Positions 18,916 to 29,567 of a stretch of DNA of 64,000 bases are shown here, piece by piece. The DNA comes from an uncultured Eubacteriales bacterium (GTDB lineage: Bacteria > Bacillota > Clostridia > Oscillospirales > UBA644): contig CAUHAO010000008.1 in NCBI GenBank assembly GCA_959604355.1, positions 1,784-65,783 of the forward strand, in the 5' to 3' direction. The translations under genes were made by a program, and so were the position numbers. The first letter of the stretch is position 1. The number at the start of each line of letters is the position of its first letter. Below the pieces are notes generated by a model. It did no database searches and had not been told where the DNA came from. It was given only the letters and a program-made list of their open reading frames with translations.

Positions 18916-19359
18916 ATGAAATTACATGATCTCACACCTGCCTACGGTTCGACAAAAGAACCCAAAAGAAAGGGCAGAGGCGCAGGTACCGGAAACGGCA
19001 AGACTGCCGGCAAGGGTCATAAGGGCCAGAATGCACGTTCCGGCGGCGGCGTAAGACCCGGCTTTGAAGGCGGCCAGATGCCCCTCCAGAGAAGAATGCC
19101 GAAGCGTGGCTTCAGAAATTACCCCTTCAGAACCGAATATCAGATTGTCAACATCGACTTCCTGAACGAATTCGACTCCGATGCGGTAGTCACAGCAGAG
19201 GAACTCTATAACAAAGGCTTTATCAGTGATCCCGCAAAAGCAATCAAGATACTCGGCGACGGCGAATTGAATGTCAAGTTGACTGTGAAGGCCAACAAAT
19301 TCTCTGAGTCTGCCAAGCAGAAAATCGAAGCGGCAGGCGGGAAAGCTGAGGTGTTATAA
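18916..19359 (+). CDS. rplO: 50S ribosomal protein L15
   Basis: [29 protein letters not shown]... Confidence 0.97.
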   Translation: MKLHDLTPAYGSTKEPKRKGRGAGTGNGKTAGKGHKGQNARSGGGVRPGFEGGQMPLQRRMPKRGFRNYPFRTEYQIVNIDFLNEFDSDAVVTAEELYNKGFISDPAKAIKILGDGELNVKLTVKANKFSESAKQKIEAAGGKAEVL

Positions 19360-19362
19360 GGA

Positions 19363-20691
19363 ATGCAGATCCTTCAGACACTCAGAAACGCATGGAGGAC
19401 TGCGGAGCTTCGTCAGAAGATTCTCTACACTCTCTTCATCATCATCCTCTTCAGACTCGGCGCAGTCATTCCCGTACCGTTCATCGATGCAACGGCGGTC
19501 TCGTCGTTCTTCCAGAACACCGCGGGAGGCTTCTTCGGGTATCTGAATATGATCTCAGGCAACGCGCTGGCTCAGGGCACGGTCTTCGCGCTCACCATCC
19601 AGCCGTACATCAACGCAAGCATTATCATGCAGCTGCTTACCGTCGCTATTCCCGCTCTTGAGAGACTCTCGAAAGACGGCGGCGAGATGGGCAGAAAGAA
19701 GATAAACCAGATCACCCGCTATGTCACGCTGGGTATCGCGGCAATCCAGGCTTACGGCTACTACGTCACGCTTCAAGCGTCCGGCGCTCTCGCGCCCATG
19801 ACGGGTGCTGCTCACTGGCTCCAGCTCGCAACAATACTCCTCACGCTCATGGCAGGTTCCAGTTTGGTAATGTGGATCGGCGAAAGCATCAATGAAAAAG
19901 GCGTCGGCAACGGCGTTTCCATCATTCTCTTCGCGTCCATCATCTCCAGAGGCGTTAATCTTCTCACTACTTCCATCGCAGTATGGCAGAGCAAAATGTG
20001 GTATGCGGACGTCGCGGCGCTTCTCCTCTTCCTTGCGATGATCGCCCTCGTTGTCTTCTTCGATAACGGCGAACGCCGTCTCCCGATCATGTACGCAAAA
20101 CGCCAGGTCGGCAGAAAAATGTACGGCGGCCAGAACACCCACCTTCCGATAAAGGTCGTTATGACGGGCGTTATGCCTATCATCTTTACCTATTCCATCG
20201 TAGGTATCCCCGCGACTATCGCGCAGTTCATCCCGAACTCCGGTTTCGCGAAATGGGTCGAGGCGAACTTCAACCAGCGTTCCGCGCTCTACATCATAAT
20301 CACCTTCGCTCTTATAATATTCTTCAACTATTTCTACATAGCCATCCAGTACAACCCCGTGGAAATAGCGAATAATATCAAGAACAACGGCGGCACAATC
20401 CCGGGTATCCGTCCCGGTAAGCCCACCTCAGACTTCATCATCAAGACAGTTAACCGCGTCACCCTCTTCGGCGCACTGTTCCTGAGCGTTATAGCGATTC
20501 TGCCCCTCATATTCGGCGTAATCTTCTACCCGATTGCAGAGTCTGTTGGCGGCGCGAACCTCGCATATTACGTTCAGTCCCTCGCCATCGGCGGTACGTC
20601 CATACTGATTATTGTTGAAGTCGCTCTCGAAACGATCAAACAGATCGAATCCCAGCTCATAGTCAGAAACTATAAGGGATTCCTTGAATAA
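19363..20691 (+). CDS. secY: Preprotein translocase subunit SecY
   Basis: 442 aa, about 10 TM segments, ..ELRQKILYTL..I.R.G..IP.P.I.., position after rplO. Confidence 0.97.
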   Translation: MQILQTLRNAWRTAELRQKILYTLFIIILFRLGAVIPVPFIDATAVSSFFQNTAGGFFGYLNMISGNALAQGTVFALTIQPYINASIIMQLLTVAIPALERLSKDGGEMGRKKINQITRYVTLGIAAIQAYGYYVTLQASGALAPMTGAAHWLQLATILLTLMAGSSLVMWIGESINEKGVGNGVSIILFASIISRGVNLLTTSIAVWQSKMWYADVAALLLFLAMIALVVFFDNGERRLPIMYAKRQVGRKMYGGQNTHLPIKVVMTGVMPIIFTYSIVGIPATIAQFIPNSGFAKWVEANFNQRSALYIIITFALIIFFNYFYIAIQYNPVEIANNIKNNGGTIPGIRPGKPTSDFIIKTVNRVTLFGALFLSVIAILPLIFGVIFYPIAESVGGANLAYYVQSLAIGGTSILIIVEVALETIKQIESQLIVRNYKGFLE

Positions 20692-20709
20692 ACCGAAGGA
20701 GACTCAAGC

Positions 20710-21354
20710 ATGAACCTGATATTGCTCGGAGCCCCCGGTGCCGGCAAAGGCACCCAGGCCGAACGTATTTCGGCAAAGCTCTCCATCCCGCAGATCTCCA
20801 CCGGAGCGATCCTCCGCGCCGCGATCGCCGCGGGTACTCCACTCGGTCTTAAAGTCAAGTCCATAATCGACGCGGGCAACCTCGTTCCCGATGACGTAGT
20901 CGTCGCGATAGTCAAAGAGAGGCTGCAGCAGCCCGATTGCGAGTCCGGATTTATCCTGGACGGCTTCCCCCGCACGATCCCGCAGGCAGAAGCGCTCGAC
21001 GTTATTCTCGGCGAGCTCGGCAAGGAAATGGACAAAGTCATAAGCATCGAAGTCAAAGACGAGGCAATAATCGCGAGAATGTCCGGCAGACGCACCTGCA
21101 AAAAGTGCGGCGCCACATTCCATACCGTCTATAAGCCCTCCGCTAAAGGCGACGTTTGCGACGCTTGCGGCGAGCCCCTGACTATCCGCGATGACGACCG
21201 CCCCGAAGTCGTAGCCGACAGACTGCGCGTCTACCACGAGCAGACCGCACCCCTAAAGGATTACTACGGCGCACAGGGCAAACTCGTTATCGTCGAAGGT
21301 CAGGAACAGCTTGCGGACACGTCCGCACTCGTTGACAAAGCACTTGATGCTTGA
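20710..21354 (+). CDS. adk: Adenylate kinase (zinc-lid form)
   Basis: P-loop GAPGAGKGTQ. The lid is CKKCG...CDACG. Confidence 0.97.
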   Translation: MNLILLGAPGAGKGTQAERISAKLSIPQISTGAILRAAIAAGTPLGLKVKSIIDAGNLVPDDVVVAIVKERLQQPDCESGFILDGFPRTIPQAEALDVILGELGKEMDKVISIEVKDEAIIARMSGRRTCKKCGATFHTVYKPSAKGDVCDACGEPLTIRDDDRPEVVADRLRVYHEQTAPLKDYYGAQGKLVIVEGQEQLADTSALVDKALDA

Positions 21355-21366
21355 TGAAAGGCGAAA

Positions 21367-22116
21367 ATGATCATCATCAAAACAAAGCATGAGATCGAAA
21401 AGATGCGCATTTCCGGAGCTATCGCGGCTGAAGCCCTCATTCGCGGGGGCGAGGCCGTGAAGCCCGGTGTAACAACGAAGCACATCAACGATGTCATCGC
21501 AAAATTCATCAGAAGCAAGAACGCCGTCGCGTCTTTCAAAGGATACGGCGGGTTCCCCGCGGAAGCGTGCATATCCGTCAATGACGAGGTCATTCACGGT
21601 ATTCCTTCCGACGGGCGCGTAATACAAGACGGGGATATAGTGAGTATTGATGTCGGTGTTCTTTTCAACGGCTACCATTCCGACAACGCGGCAACCTTCC
21701 CCGCCGGCAACGTCAGCGCGGAGGCCGCGCGGCTTATTGAAGTGACTAAAGAATGTTTTTACAGAGGCATCGCTCAGGCGACTGCGGGCGCACGTCTCGG
21801 AGACATCGGTCACGCGATAAGCGAATACGCACACAAAAACGGTTTCGGAGTTGTGTATGACTATGTCGGACATGGCGTAGGAACACAGTTACACGAAGAC
21901 CCCAACGTCCCGAATTACGGTATGCAGGGCAAGGGTCGGCGCCTCGAAAAAGGCATGACCATAGCCGTGGAACCCATGATAAACGCGGGCGTTCCGGACG
22001 TCAGAGTCCTCTCCAACGACTGGACGGTAGTAACTAAGGACGGCAAACTCTCGGCTCATTACGAGAACACTATCGCCGTCACCGACGAAGAGCCGTTAAT
22101 ACTCACATCTCTGTAA
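21367..22116 (+). CDS. map: Type I methionyl aminopeptidase
   Basis: ..IKTKHEIEKMR.., the metal-ligand pattern D..D..H..E..E, and position after adk. Confidence 0.95.
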   Translation: MIIIKTKHEIEKMRISGAIAAEALIRGGEAVKPGVTTKHINDVIAKFIRSKNAVASFKGYGGFPAEACISVNDEVIHGIPSDGRVIQDGDIVSIDVGVLFNGYHSDNAATFPAGNVSAEAARLIEVTKECFYRGIAQATAGARLGDIGHAISEYAHKNGFGVVYDYVGHGVGTQLHEDPNVPNYGMQGKGRRLEKGMTIAVEPMINAGVPDVRVLSNDWTVVTKDGKLSAHYENTIAVTDEEPLILTSL

Positions 22117-22142
22117 CAACGGGGCAACAACCCGGGAGGATT

Positions 22143-22439
22143 ATGTCAGAAACATCAATCGTCAGGGGCTGTACAGTGATTTCGACCGCGGGACGCGACG
22201 AGGGCAGGATATTCCTCGTTCTCGACGTGACAGCGGACGGAAATTACGCCGTCATCACAGACGGGAAGCTCCGCAAGGTGGAAAAGCCTAAAACCAAAAA
22301 AATGAAACATTTACGCTTTTGCGCCGCAACAGCCGGAGACAGGCTTACGGCAAAGGTCATTTCGGGTATACGACCCGAGAACGCCGAAGTCCGGAAAGCC
22401 TTGAAAATGTTCTCAACGGAGGAATCCATAAATGGCTAA
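22143..22439 (+). CDS. KOW domain-containing RNA-binding protein
   Basis: 98 aa, ..[16 protein letters not shown]... A small gene commonly sits between map and infA in Clostridia. Confidence 0.8.
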   Translation: MSETSIVRGCTVISTAGRDEGRIFLVLDVTADGNYAVITDGKLRKVEKPKTKKMKHLRFCAATAGDRLTAKVISGIRPENAEVRKALKMFSTEESING

Positions 22440-22674
22440 AGAAAGTCTTATTGAAGTTGAGGGTGTCGTTACCGATACTCTGCCGAACACGAAGTTCATC
22501 GTCGAACTTTCCAACGGTCACAAAATAACCGCGTATATCTCCGGCAGACTTCGCGACAACAACATCCGCATACTGCTCGGCGACAAGGTCATAGTCGAGA
22601 TGTCTCCCTACGACCTGACAAAAGGCAGGATCAAATGGCGCGGCGCACCGCGCAAACCCGCACAGGAGCAGTAA
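22432..22674 (+). CDS. infA: Translation initiation factor IF-1 (about 8-aa C-terminal extension)
   Basis: [25 protein letters not shown]...[27 protein letters not shown]. The tail [12 protein letters not shown] is longer than the usual ..YR.K end. Confidence 0.95.
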   Translation: MAKESLIEVEGVVTDTLPNTKFIVELSNGHKITAYISGRLRDNNIRILLGDKVIVEMSPYDLTKGRIKWRGAPRKPAQEQ

Positions 22675-22753
22675 GCTCTCAGGCACGTCCATGTTCGCCG
22701 GCGGAGAACGGACGTGATACAAAACCTCAGCCGCCGGAGAAACGGAGTTTATC

Positions 22754-22867
22754 ATGAAGGTACGTCCTTCCGTAAAACCCATGTGCGATAAGTGCAGAGT
22801 TATCAAGAGAAAAGGCAAAGTTATGGTAATCTGCTCCAATCCCAAACATAAGCAGAGACAGGGTTAA
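22754..22867 (+). CDS. rpmJ: 50S ribosomal protein L36 (zinc form)
   Basis: Not in the ORF track because it is under 60 aa. Read from the sequence as [37 protein letters not shown]. Confidence 0.93.
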   Translation: MKVRPSVKPMCDKCRVIKRKGKVMVICSNPKHKQRQG

Positions 22868-22901
22868 GTCTCTGTAAAAATTCGGAGGTGTTTTAACAAG
22901 T

Positions 22902-23270
22902 ATGGCAAGAATAGCCGGTGTAGATTTGCCCAACTCCAAAAGAGTTGAGATCGGTCTTACTTACATCTACGGTATAGGCCCCGGCAAATCCAAAGATATC
23001 CTTACAGCAACAAATATTGACCCCGATATCCGCGTGAAAGATCTTACCGAAGATCAGATCGCAGCTCTTCGTGAATATATCGACCACAACCTCACCGTTG
23101 AAGGCGACCTTCGCAGAGAAGTCGCGCTCAACATCAAGAGACTCGTCGAAATAGGCTCTTACAAAGGCAGCCGCCACAAGAAGAACCTCCCCGTTCACGG
23201 GCAGAGAACCAAAACCAACGCAAGAACACGCAAAGGTCCTTCCAAGACCGTTGCGAACAAGAAGAAATAA
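22902..23270 (+). CDS. rpsM: 30S ribosomal protein S13
   Basis: [25 protein letters not shown]... Confidence 0.97.
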   Translation: MARIAGVDLPNSKRVEIGLTYIYGIGPGKSKDILTATNIDPDIRVKDLTEDQIAALREYIDHNLTVEGDLRREVALNIKRLVEIGSYKGSRHKKNLPVHGQRTKTNARTRKGPSKTVANKKK

Positions 23271-23288
23271 GGCAGGAGGGATATAGAA

Positions 23289-23687
23289 ATGGCACAGGAA
23301 GCAAGAAAAAAGACTGCCCTGAGACGTAAGGACAGGAAAAATATCAGCAAAGGTTCAGTTCATATCTGCTCCACCTTTAATAACACCATTGTCACCATCA
23401 GCGACGTAAACGGTAACGCTATATCGTGGGCATCTGCAGGCGGACTCGGCTTCAAGGGTTCCAAGAAGAGCACACCTTTCGCTGCTCAGATGGCATCCGA
23501 AAAGGCTGCTAAAGCCGCAATGGAACACGGTCTGCAGACTGTTGAAGTTTTCGTTAAAGGCCCCGGTTCCGGCAGAGAATCCGCTATCCGCGCTCTTCAG
23601 ACGGCAGGTCTCGAAGTCACGATGATCAAAGACGTGACCCCGATCCCGCACAACGGCTGCCGCCCGCCGAAGAGACGCCGCGTATAA
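23289..23687 (+). CDS. rpsK: 30S ribosomal protein S11
   Basis: ..[15 protein letters not shown]...[16 protein letters not shown]... Confidence 0.97.
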   Translation: MAQEARKKTALRRKDRKNISKGSVHICSTFNNTIVTISDVNGNAISWASAGGLGFKGSKKSTPFAAQMASEKAAKAAMEHGLQTVEVFVKGPGSGRESAIRALQTAGLEVTMIKDVTPIPHNGCRPPKRRRV

Positions 23688-23705
23688 TAGGAGGAGATAA
23701 ACGAT

Positions 23706-24335
23706 ATGGCAAGATATACAGGCCCCGTTTGCAGACTTTGCAGACGAGAGAAAGAAAAGCTCTTTCTCAAAGGTGACAGATGCTATTCCGAAAAGTGCCC
23801 GATGAGCAAGAAGGACGTTCACGTCCCCGGCCAGCACGGCGCGGCTCGTAAGAAGCTTTCCGACTACGCGGTTCAGCTTCGCGAAAAGCAGAAGGTCAGA
23901 AGATATTACGGCATTCTCGAAAATCAGTTCGCATCTTACTTTGAGATGGCTGCAAAGAAGCCCGGCATGACCGGCGAAAACCTGCTCCAGATCCTCGAAA
24001 CCCGTCTTGACAACGTTGTCTACAGACTCGGTTACGCTATGTCCAGAGCAGAAGCAAAGCAGCTCATCACCCACGGACACTTCACCGTCAACGGTAAGAA
24101 AGTCGATATCCCGTCCTACCTCGTATCCGTCGGCGACGTAATCGCTCTCAAGGACAAGAGCAAGGACAGCGCGAAGATAAAGGCAATTCTCGAATCCAAC
24201 GAGAAGAAGCCCGTTCCGAAGTGGCTCGAAGCAGACAAGGCAAACGTCTCCGGTAAGGTTGCGGTTCAGCCCACATCCGAGGACATCGACCTTGCTATCG
24301 AAGTCCACCTCATCGTCGAGTTGTACTCGAAGTAA
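23706..24335 (+). CDS. rpsD: 30S ribosomal protein S4 (Cys4 form)
   Basis: [31 protein letters not shown]... Confidence 0.97.
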   Translation: MARYTGPVCRLCRREKEKLFLKGDRCYSEKCPMSKKDVHVPGQHGAARKKLSDYAVQLREKQKVRRYYGILENQFASYFEMAAKKPGMTGENLLQILETRLDNVVYRLGYAMSRAEAKQLITHGHFTVNGKKVDIPSYLVSVGDVIALKDKSKDSAKIKAILESNEKKPVPKWLEADKANVSGKVAVQPTSEDIDLAIEVHLIVELYSK

Positions 24336-24342
24336 TCGGAAT

Positions 24343-24407
24343 AATCTTAGTGAATGTATCCCGAACCGCGCGTCGCCGCTGTTTGAGGCGGCGATACGCC
24401 TAAGATT
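24343..24407 (+). promoter_or_regulatory. Long hairpin in the rpsD-rpoA spacer (possible processing or partial-termination site)
   Basis: aatcttag (24343-24350) pairs perfectly with ctaagatt (24400-24407). An inner cgccgc/gcggcg stem is present and only a short T-run follows. Confidence 0.4.
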
Positions 24408-24426
24408 TTAAGAAAGGGTGCGTTAA

Positions 24427-25380
24427 ATGATAGAAATTGAGAAGCCTACGATAGAAGTATCCGAAGCAACCGAAGACGGTACTTATGCCAGATTCGTCGT
24501 CGAGCCCCTCGAAAGAGGCTACGGTATCACGCTGGGCAATTCGCTCAGACGTATACTGCTCTCCTCTCTGCAGGGCGCGGCTGTCACATCTATCAAGATT
24601 GACGGCGTGCAGCATGAGTTCTCCACGATCCCCGGCGTCAAGGAAGACGTTGCGGAAATCGTCCTGAACCTCAAAGGACTCATTGCCCGTCTGCACGGCA
24701 CATCCTCCAGATTCTGCTATATAGAAGCTCAGGAGGAAGGCGAAGTTAAGGCAAAGGATATCCGTGTTGACTCCGATATCGAAATACTCAACCCCGAGAT
24801 GCATATTGCAACTCTGGGCAAGGGTGCAAGGCTCTATATGGAAATAACGATCAGTACCGACAGAGGCTATGTTCCTTCGGAGCGCAATAAGCCCGAGAAT
24901 TCGCCCATAGGTCTGATCGCGATGGATTCCTCGCATTCTCCGGTCACGAAGGTCAACTTCAACGTCCGCAACACCCGTGTCGGTCAGATGACGGACTACG
25001 ATAAACTCGAGCTCGAAGTCTGGACAAACGGCACCATTTCCGCCCGCACGGCGGTAAGCATGGCGGCAAGAATAATGAGCGAGCATCTTGCTTTGTTCAT
25101 CGACCTTGCGCAGCCGCAGGACCTCGCGGACGACGTCTGGAAGGGCGGCGAGGAGGAAAGCAAGGAGAAGATCCTGAGCATGACTATCGAAGAGCTCGAT
25201 CTTTCCGTGCGTTCGTTCAACTGCCTCAAGCGCGCGGGCATCAACACCGTTGACGATCTTATAAACAGATCTCCCGACGATATGATGCGCGTACGCAACC
25301 TGGGTAAAAAATCTCTCGAAGAGGTCATACAGAAGCTCGAGGCTCTCGGCCTGAACTTCTCGGCCGATAAAGATAACTGA
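24427..25380 (+). CDS. rpoA: DNA-directed RNA polymerase subunit alpha
   Basis: MIEIEKP.I.., ..GYG.TLGN.LRR.LLSS..G.A.. and a C-terminal ..[16 protein letters not shown]...L domain. Confidence 0.97.
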   Translation: MIEIEKPTIEVSEATEDGTYARFVVEPLERGYGITLGNSLRRILLSSLQGAAVTSIKIDGVQHEFSTIPGVKEDVAEIVLNLKGLIARLHGTSSRFCYIEAQEEGEVKAKDIRVDSDIEILNPEMHIATLGKGARLYMEITISTDRGYVPSERNKPENSPIGLIAMDSSHSPVTKVNFNVRNTRVGQMTDYDKLELEVWTNGTISARTAVSMAARIMSEHLALFIDLAQPQDLADDVWKGGEEESKEKILSMTIEELDLSVRSFNCLKRAGINTVDDLINRSPDDMMRVRNLGKKSLEEVIQKLEALGLNFSADKDN

Positions 25381-25404
25381 TTTAGGAAAGGAGGATGCTG
25401 AATA

Positions 25405-25743
25405 ATGGGAACACGCAAACTCGGAAGAACAACCGATCACAGAATGTCAATGCTTCGCGGCATGGTTACTTACCTCTTTGAAAACGGTCAGATCGAAACG
25501 ACCGACACAAGAGCGAAGGAAGTCCGCGACCTCGCAGATAAAATGATAACTCTCGGCAAGAAGAACACTCTCGCCGCAAAGAGACAGGCACTCAGCTTCA
25601 TTACAAAGGAGGACGTCGTCAAAAAGCTTTTTGACGAGATCGCTCCGAAGTACGCAGACCGCAACGGCGGCTACACCCGTATAATCAAGACGGGCCCGCG
25701 CCGCGGCGACGCTGCAGAGATGGCTATAATCCAGCTTATCTGA
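25405..25743 (+). CDS. rplQ: 50S ribosomal protein L17
   Basis: ..RKLGR...HR..MLR.....L......I.TT..RAKE... Confidence 0.97.
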   Translation: MGTRKLGRTTDHRMSMLRGMVTYLFENGQIETTDTRAKEVRDLADKMITLGKKNTLAAKRQALSFITKEDVVKKLFDEIAPKYADRNGGYTRIIKTGPRRGDAAEMAIIQLI

Positions 25744-25757
25744 CGCATATAAAACAA

Positions 25758-25795
25758 ACTCCCTTACACACAGAACGGTGTAAGGGAGTTTTTTA
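25758..25795 (+). terminator. Intrinsic terminator ending the ribosomal cluster
   Basis: actcccttacac / gtgtaagggagt 12-bp stem followed by T6. Confidence 0.85.
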
Positions 25796-25808
25796 CATGA
25801 GTTATATT

Positions 25809-26780
25809 TTATTTCTCTTCGGACAGGTACATATCAAAAACAGAAGCATCTTTCTCGTCAGCGCCTATGTCTGATATCAGAGAAATAAAGCTGTTTTCGG
25901 CAACATCAAAGAATTTGTCCGCCATATCGGTCTGTTTCAGCGAGAGCATGTATGTGCAAACAGAGTAAGGATATTCTCCGCTCAGCACGCTTTCGGGGGA
26001 TATCTGTATTCCGTCCGGAGTGATTATCTTTGTGCCGTCCTCACCCACCAGCGAAAAGTGCCAGATGTAGGACATATATGGCGTGGGCTCAAGAACAAAA
26101 TCTGAATTTACACTATACGATGCGGCTACCGACTGGTTTTTCCTAAGTTCTATCGCCGCTTTGGCTTTATCGGAAATATCGGATTTTGCTTTGAAGTCCT
26201 TGATCATGGTCATCTGAGTGATTATGTTTGCGTTGGGGTAAGTTATCTTATCTGCCAGTAATACGATTTCGCCTTTCTCACCGCCGACCTGTGACCAGTC
26301 GGAAATGCTGCCGCCGAGAATAGACTTGAGCTGTTCGGCTGTAAGCATGGAAACCGGATTTGTCTGGGAAGTTCTGAACACAAGCGCGTCGGATGAAAGC
26401 TTGCGTGCGGTGATACCGTCGGGAAAGTCCGTGGCCGAGGAAACACGCTGTATAAGCGCAATATCGATCTTGCCGTTTTTCAATGCGTCAATAAGCGCAT
26501 TTTCGGATTCGTATTTTTTCGGATAAAGGGGGTGGGTGGTAATGTCTTTTCCTTCCGGAGCCGCGAACTGCGCCGTAAACATCAATTCGGCAAAGGAATA
26601 GGTGTATTGAACCGCGCCGATTCTCGGGAACTCTTGCTGTGTCAGAACAGTGTCCGTGTAATGGTTCCTTTGCGGGTTGGGCTGTAACTCAAAACCCGTA
26701 TTATTTGAGCCGCAGGCGTAAAGCGAAAATATTAAAAAAGACGCGAGCGCTATAATCGGGAGAACTTTACATTTTTTCAT
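25809..26780 (-). CDS. Lipoprotein with a PstS-like periplasmic-binding (PBP_like_2-type) region
   Basis: Signal peptide with lipobox ..FSLYAC|GSNN. ..LTAEQLKSILGGSISDWSQVGG.. is characteristic of the phosphate-binding-like fold. The gene is AT-rich. Confidence 0.7.
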   Translation of the reverse strand: MKKCKVLPIIALASFLIFSLYACGSNNTGFELQPNPQRNHYTDTVLTQQEFPRIGAVQYTYSFAELMFTAQFAAPEGKDITTHPLYPKKYESENALIDALKNGKIDIALIQRVSSATDFPDGITARKLSSDALVFRTSQTNPVSMLTAEQLKSILGGSISDWSQVGGEKGEIVLLADKITYPNANIITQMTMIKDFKAKSDISDKAKAAIELRKNQSVAASYSVNSDFVLEPTPYMSYIWHFSLVGEDGTKIITPDGIQISPESVLSGEYPYSVCTYMLSLKQTDMADKFFDVAENSFISLISDIGADEKDASVFDMYLSEEK

Positions 26781-26795
26781 CTTTCAACCTTTCTT

Positions 26796-28037
26796 TCAGG
26801 AAAAATATCCGTCAAGTACAATAACACGGAATTCATAGTCCGGGTTATCATATACCAAAGTCAATGCCTCATTGTTCGTATACAATGTGAAATTTGAACG
26901 GGATGTTATACATGGAATTACCGAGTACAGAAATCTTGTTATTATCATTGAATGATTCCATGTAGTCGATGAGGGGTCGTTCTTTCTCTGCATCAAGTCT
27001 CCGACATCGTATGTGTAATACACATATTCGGGCGTGTAGGGTTCAATGAATTCAACATAATGTCCATACGGGCCGGAGCCTGAGGAGTTGGAAGTCAGAA
27101 AACTATATAGGCTGTTAACGCTGCTCCATGTTGCAGAACGGTTGTTCATTCCGTGGAAATACCAGCCTGAACTCGAACTGCCGTTGTCTTTAAAGTTGCT
27201 TCCGCCTGCGAGAATCGCATGGGAGACAAAATTTGTACAGTCCCAGCCCCCCTGTGTCGCAAAATCCACATACGAAGTGGCAAGAGACGACCCTCGTGTA
27301 GGATTTGTTAAAGAGCAGTTTGCTTTTGCCCATGTTACCATAGCGGATTTGTCAAGCGCGTTAACGCTTCTTTGGAGATTCGCACTGTTTGTTTCCGGAA
27401 TATATACAGAATCGTTGTTAAGCTTTTCCTTTAACTTGGAAATCGATATCTTTGATTTTCCGGCAAGTTCGGAAGCTTTGCGCTGAACATTTTCCTTATT
27501 AACGGAAATTTCCGGATTTTCAATAAATTCTTCAAAGGAAATTATTCCTCTTGTTGATTCGTCAAAATGGTTTTCGCAATATATGTCTTCGATTTTATAA
27601 ACGCCGTTTCTAACGGAAATCCTCACATAAGCACCTTCGCCGAAACCCGAAGCATCTGCCGGGTCGTCATAATAGAAAGACACATCGTTTTTTATGAAAC
27701 AATAGTAGTTGCTTCCGATTACTTTTTCTTCCAGAATTTCCTGCTTTACTGTGAAGTCGTGATGTATGATCCCTAATACTTTTATTGCGGTATTACAAGC
27801 GGCTTTATGTTCCATATAAGATTTAAGGTCATTGCTTAAAGAATACTTGTCATCTGCGATTTTTTTCTCTGTATAAACAGAGCAATAGAAATCTTTGATA
27901 TAATCTTTTGCTATTTCAGAACATTGTTTGCGTGATATGGCGTCTTTTTCAGTCACTGCACTTATAGAAACGGACGCTGCGAACAATGTGAATATAAGAG
28001 ATGAGATCAAAATAAATATAATTGTTTTTTTAAACAT
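26796..28037 (-). CDS. Putative amidase-domain (Amidase_6-type) secreted or membrane-anchored protein
   Basis: N-terminal TM or signal segment. The C-terminal ..GGWDCTNFVSHAILAGG...SSSGWYF......WSSVNSLYSFL...G......DVGDLMQ....WNHSMIIT fits the putative amidase domain family from memory. The gene is AT-rich. Confidence 0.7.
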   Translation of the reverse strand: MFKKTIIFILISSLIFTLFAASVSISAVTEKDAISRKQCSEIAKDYIKDFYCSVYTEKKIADDKYSLSNDLKSYMEHKAACNTAIKVLGIIHHDFTVKQEILEEKVIGSNYYCFIKNDVSFYYDDPADASGFGEGAYVRISVRNGVYKIEDIYCENHFDESTRGIISFEEFIENPEISVNKENVQRKASELAGKSKISISKLKEKLNNDSVYIPETNSANLQRSVNALDKSAMVTWAKANCSLTNPTRGSSLATSYVDFATQGGWDCTNFVSHAILAGGSNFKDNGSSSSGWYFHGMNNRSATWSSVNSLYSFLTSNSSGSGPYGHYVEFIEPYTPEYVYYTYDVGDLMQRKNDPSSTTWNHSMIITRFLYSVIPCITSRSNFTLYTNNEALTLVYDNPDYEFRVIVLDGYFS

Positions 28038-28346
28038 ATTGACGCCTCCTGTTTTTCTGATTTCTAAAAATTTGACCGATTCAATTATACAACACAGATT
28101 GCTGTTTTGTATTAAATCACCTCCTGATTTTTTCTGATTTGTAAAAAGTTGATTGGATTAGTTATGAAACGCGAACATGCCGTTTCATATTAAACCACCT
28201 CCCAAAAGGTTTATACTATATATATGGTACCATATCTGCCATAATTTGTCAATAATATTTTACTGATATTTATATTTTTGTGTTATTTTTATAATAAACT
28301 CACATATTGAGCTTAGTAATACAAAAGTCTTTTGTAATAAATTTAT

Positions 28347-28378
28347 AAGCCTCCAAACTGTCAAGTTTGGAGGCTTTA
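28347..28378. terminator. Strong hairpin at the island/argF boundary
   Basis: aagcctccaaact-gtca-agtttggaggctt 13-bp stem. The flanks are only moderately T-rich on either strand. Confidence 0.45.
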
Positions 28379-28444
28379 CATTATTTATCCACAGTTTCAA
28401 CGCGCCGGGACACGCTTTTCCGCCTTTTCGCGCGCTTTTTGCGC

Positions 28445-28508
28445 CTTTGAAAGGCTCTTTTTCGTACCTTTTGCGTCTTTGAAAGGCTCTTTTTCGTACC
28501 TTTTGCGT
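28445..28508. repeat. 32-bp tandem repeat x2
   Basis: ctttgaaaggctctttttcgtaccttttgcgt occurs twice. Confidence 0.85.
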
Positions 28509-28558
28509 CGTCGTTTTCACGTCTTAAGCATCGTAGCCGATTTATCGCCGCTGCCGCG

Positions 28559-29545
28559 TCACAGCGTTTCCGCCATGACTGCCTTTATGGTGTGCATACG
28601 GTTTTCCGCCTGGTCGAACACGATCGAGCGGTCGCTCTCGAACACCTCGTCCGTGACTTCCATGCAGTCCAGACCGAATTTATCGAAGATCGCTTTGCCG
28701 GTCGTCGTCTTGAGGTCGTGGAACGCGGGCAGACAATGCATGAACTTCGCGTTCGGCTTTGCAACGTCAAAAAATTCCTTCGTCACGCGGTACGGCGCAA
28801 GGTCACGTATACGTTCCGCCCAAACCTCTTCGGGTTCGCCCATCGACACCCACACGTCCGTATATATCACGTCCGCGTCCGTTAGGGCTTTTATCGGGTC
28901 GGTCTCGTACGATATCTTCGCGCCCGTCTGCGCGGCTATCTCGTCGCATTTCGCTTTCAGCTCCGCGACGGGGAAGTAGCTCTCCTTCGGCGCGCAAGCC
29001 GTAAAATCCATGCCCATCTTCGCGCAGCCCACCATAAGCGAGTTGCCCATGTTGTAACGCGCGTCGCCCATATAGACGAATTTTATTCCCTTGAGATATC
29101 CGAAATGCTCTTTTATCGTCATGAAGTCGGCGAGTATCTGCGTCGGGTGCGCCTCATTTGTCAAGCCGTTCCAGACGGGGACACCCGCGTATTTTGCCAG
29201 CGTCTCGACGATGTCCTGCCCGTAGCCGCGGTATTCGATGCCCGCGAACATACGTCCGAGAACACGCGCCGTGTCGGGGATGCTCTCCTTTTTGCCTATC
29301 TGCGAGCCGACGGGGTCGAGGTAGACACAGCTCATTCCCAGGTCTGCCGCCGCGACTTCAAACGAGCAGCGCGTTCTCGTACTCGTTTTTTCAAAAATCA
29401 GCGCAATGTTCTTGCCCTCGTGCAGACGGTGCGGAATGCCCGCCTTTTTCATGCTCTTGAACTTCTCCGCGCTGCCTATCAGCCACGATATCTCCTCGGG
29501 CGTAAAATCCAGAATTTTGAGAAAACTCCTGCCTTTGAGTATCAT
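28559..29545 (-). CDS. argF: Ornithine carbamoyltransferase
   Basis: [24 protein letters not shown] and HCLPAFHD motifs. It lies downstream of argG-argH. Confidence 0.93.
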   Translation of the reverse strand: MILKGRSFLKILDFTPEEISWLIGSAEKFKSMKKAGIPHRLHEGKNIALIFEKTSTRTRCSFEVAAADLGMSCVYLDPVGSQIGKKESIPDTARVLGRMFAGIEYRGYGQDIVETLAKYAGVPVWNGLTNEAHPTQILADFMTIKEHFGYLKGIKFVYMGDARYNMGNSLMVGCAKMGMDFTACAPKESYFPVAELKAKCDEIAAQTGAKISYETDPIKALTDADVIYTDVWVSMGEPEEVWAERIRDLAPYRVTKEFFDVAKPNAKFMHCLPAFHDLKTTTGKAIFDKFGLDCMEVTDEVFESDRSIVFDQAENRMHTIKAVMAETL

Positions 29546-29567
29546 AGTCCCTTCCTTTCCGCGCCTT

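Noticed and set aside
28160-28205. 8-codon mini-ORF (MKRHVRVS*) on the minus strand behind a GGGAGGTGG SD in the island's upstream region.
   Set aside because: It is too short to support as a gene. It more likely marks a relic 5' end of a deleted gene or a leader peptide. It is mentioned only in the island finding.
28260-28520. 86-aa minus-strand ORF between the island and argF.
   Set aside because: It runs through a 32-bp tandem repeat and a terminator hairpin. The N-terminus is Lys/Arg low-complexity, and there is no SD.
28559-29545. Catabolic ornithine carbamoyltransferase (arcB) of an arginine deiminase pathway.
   Set aside because: No arcA, arcC or arcD genes are nearby. The gene is co-oriented with argG and argH behind ARG-box-like sites, which favours the biosynthetic role.
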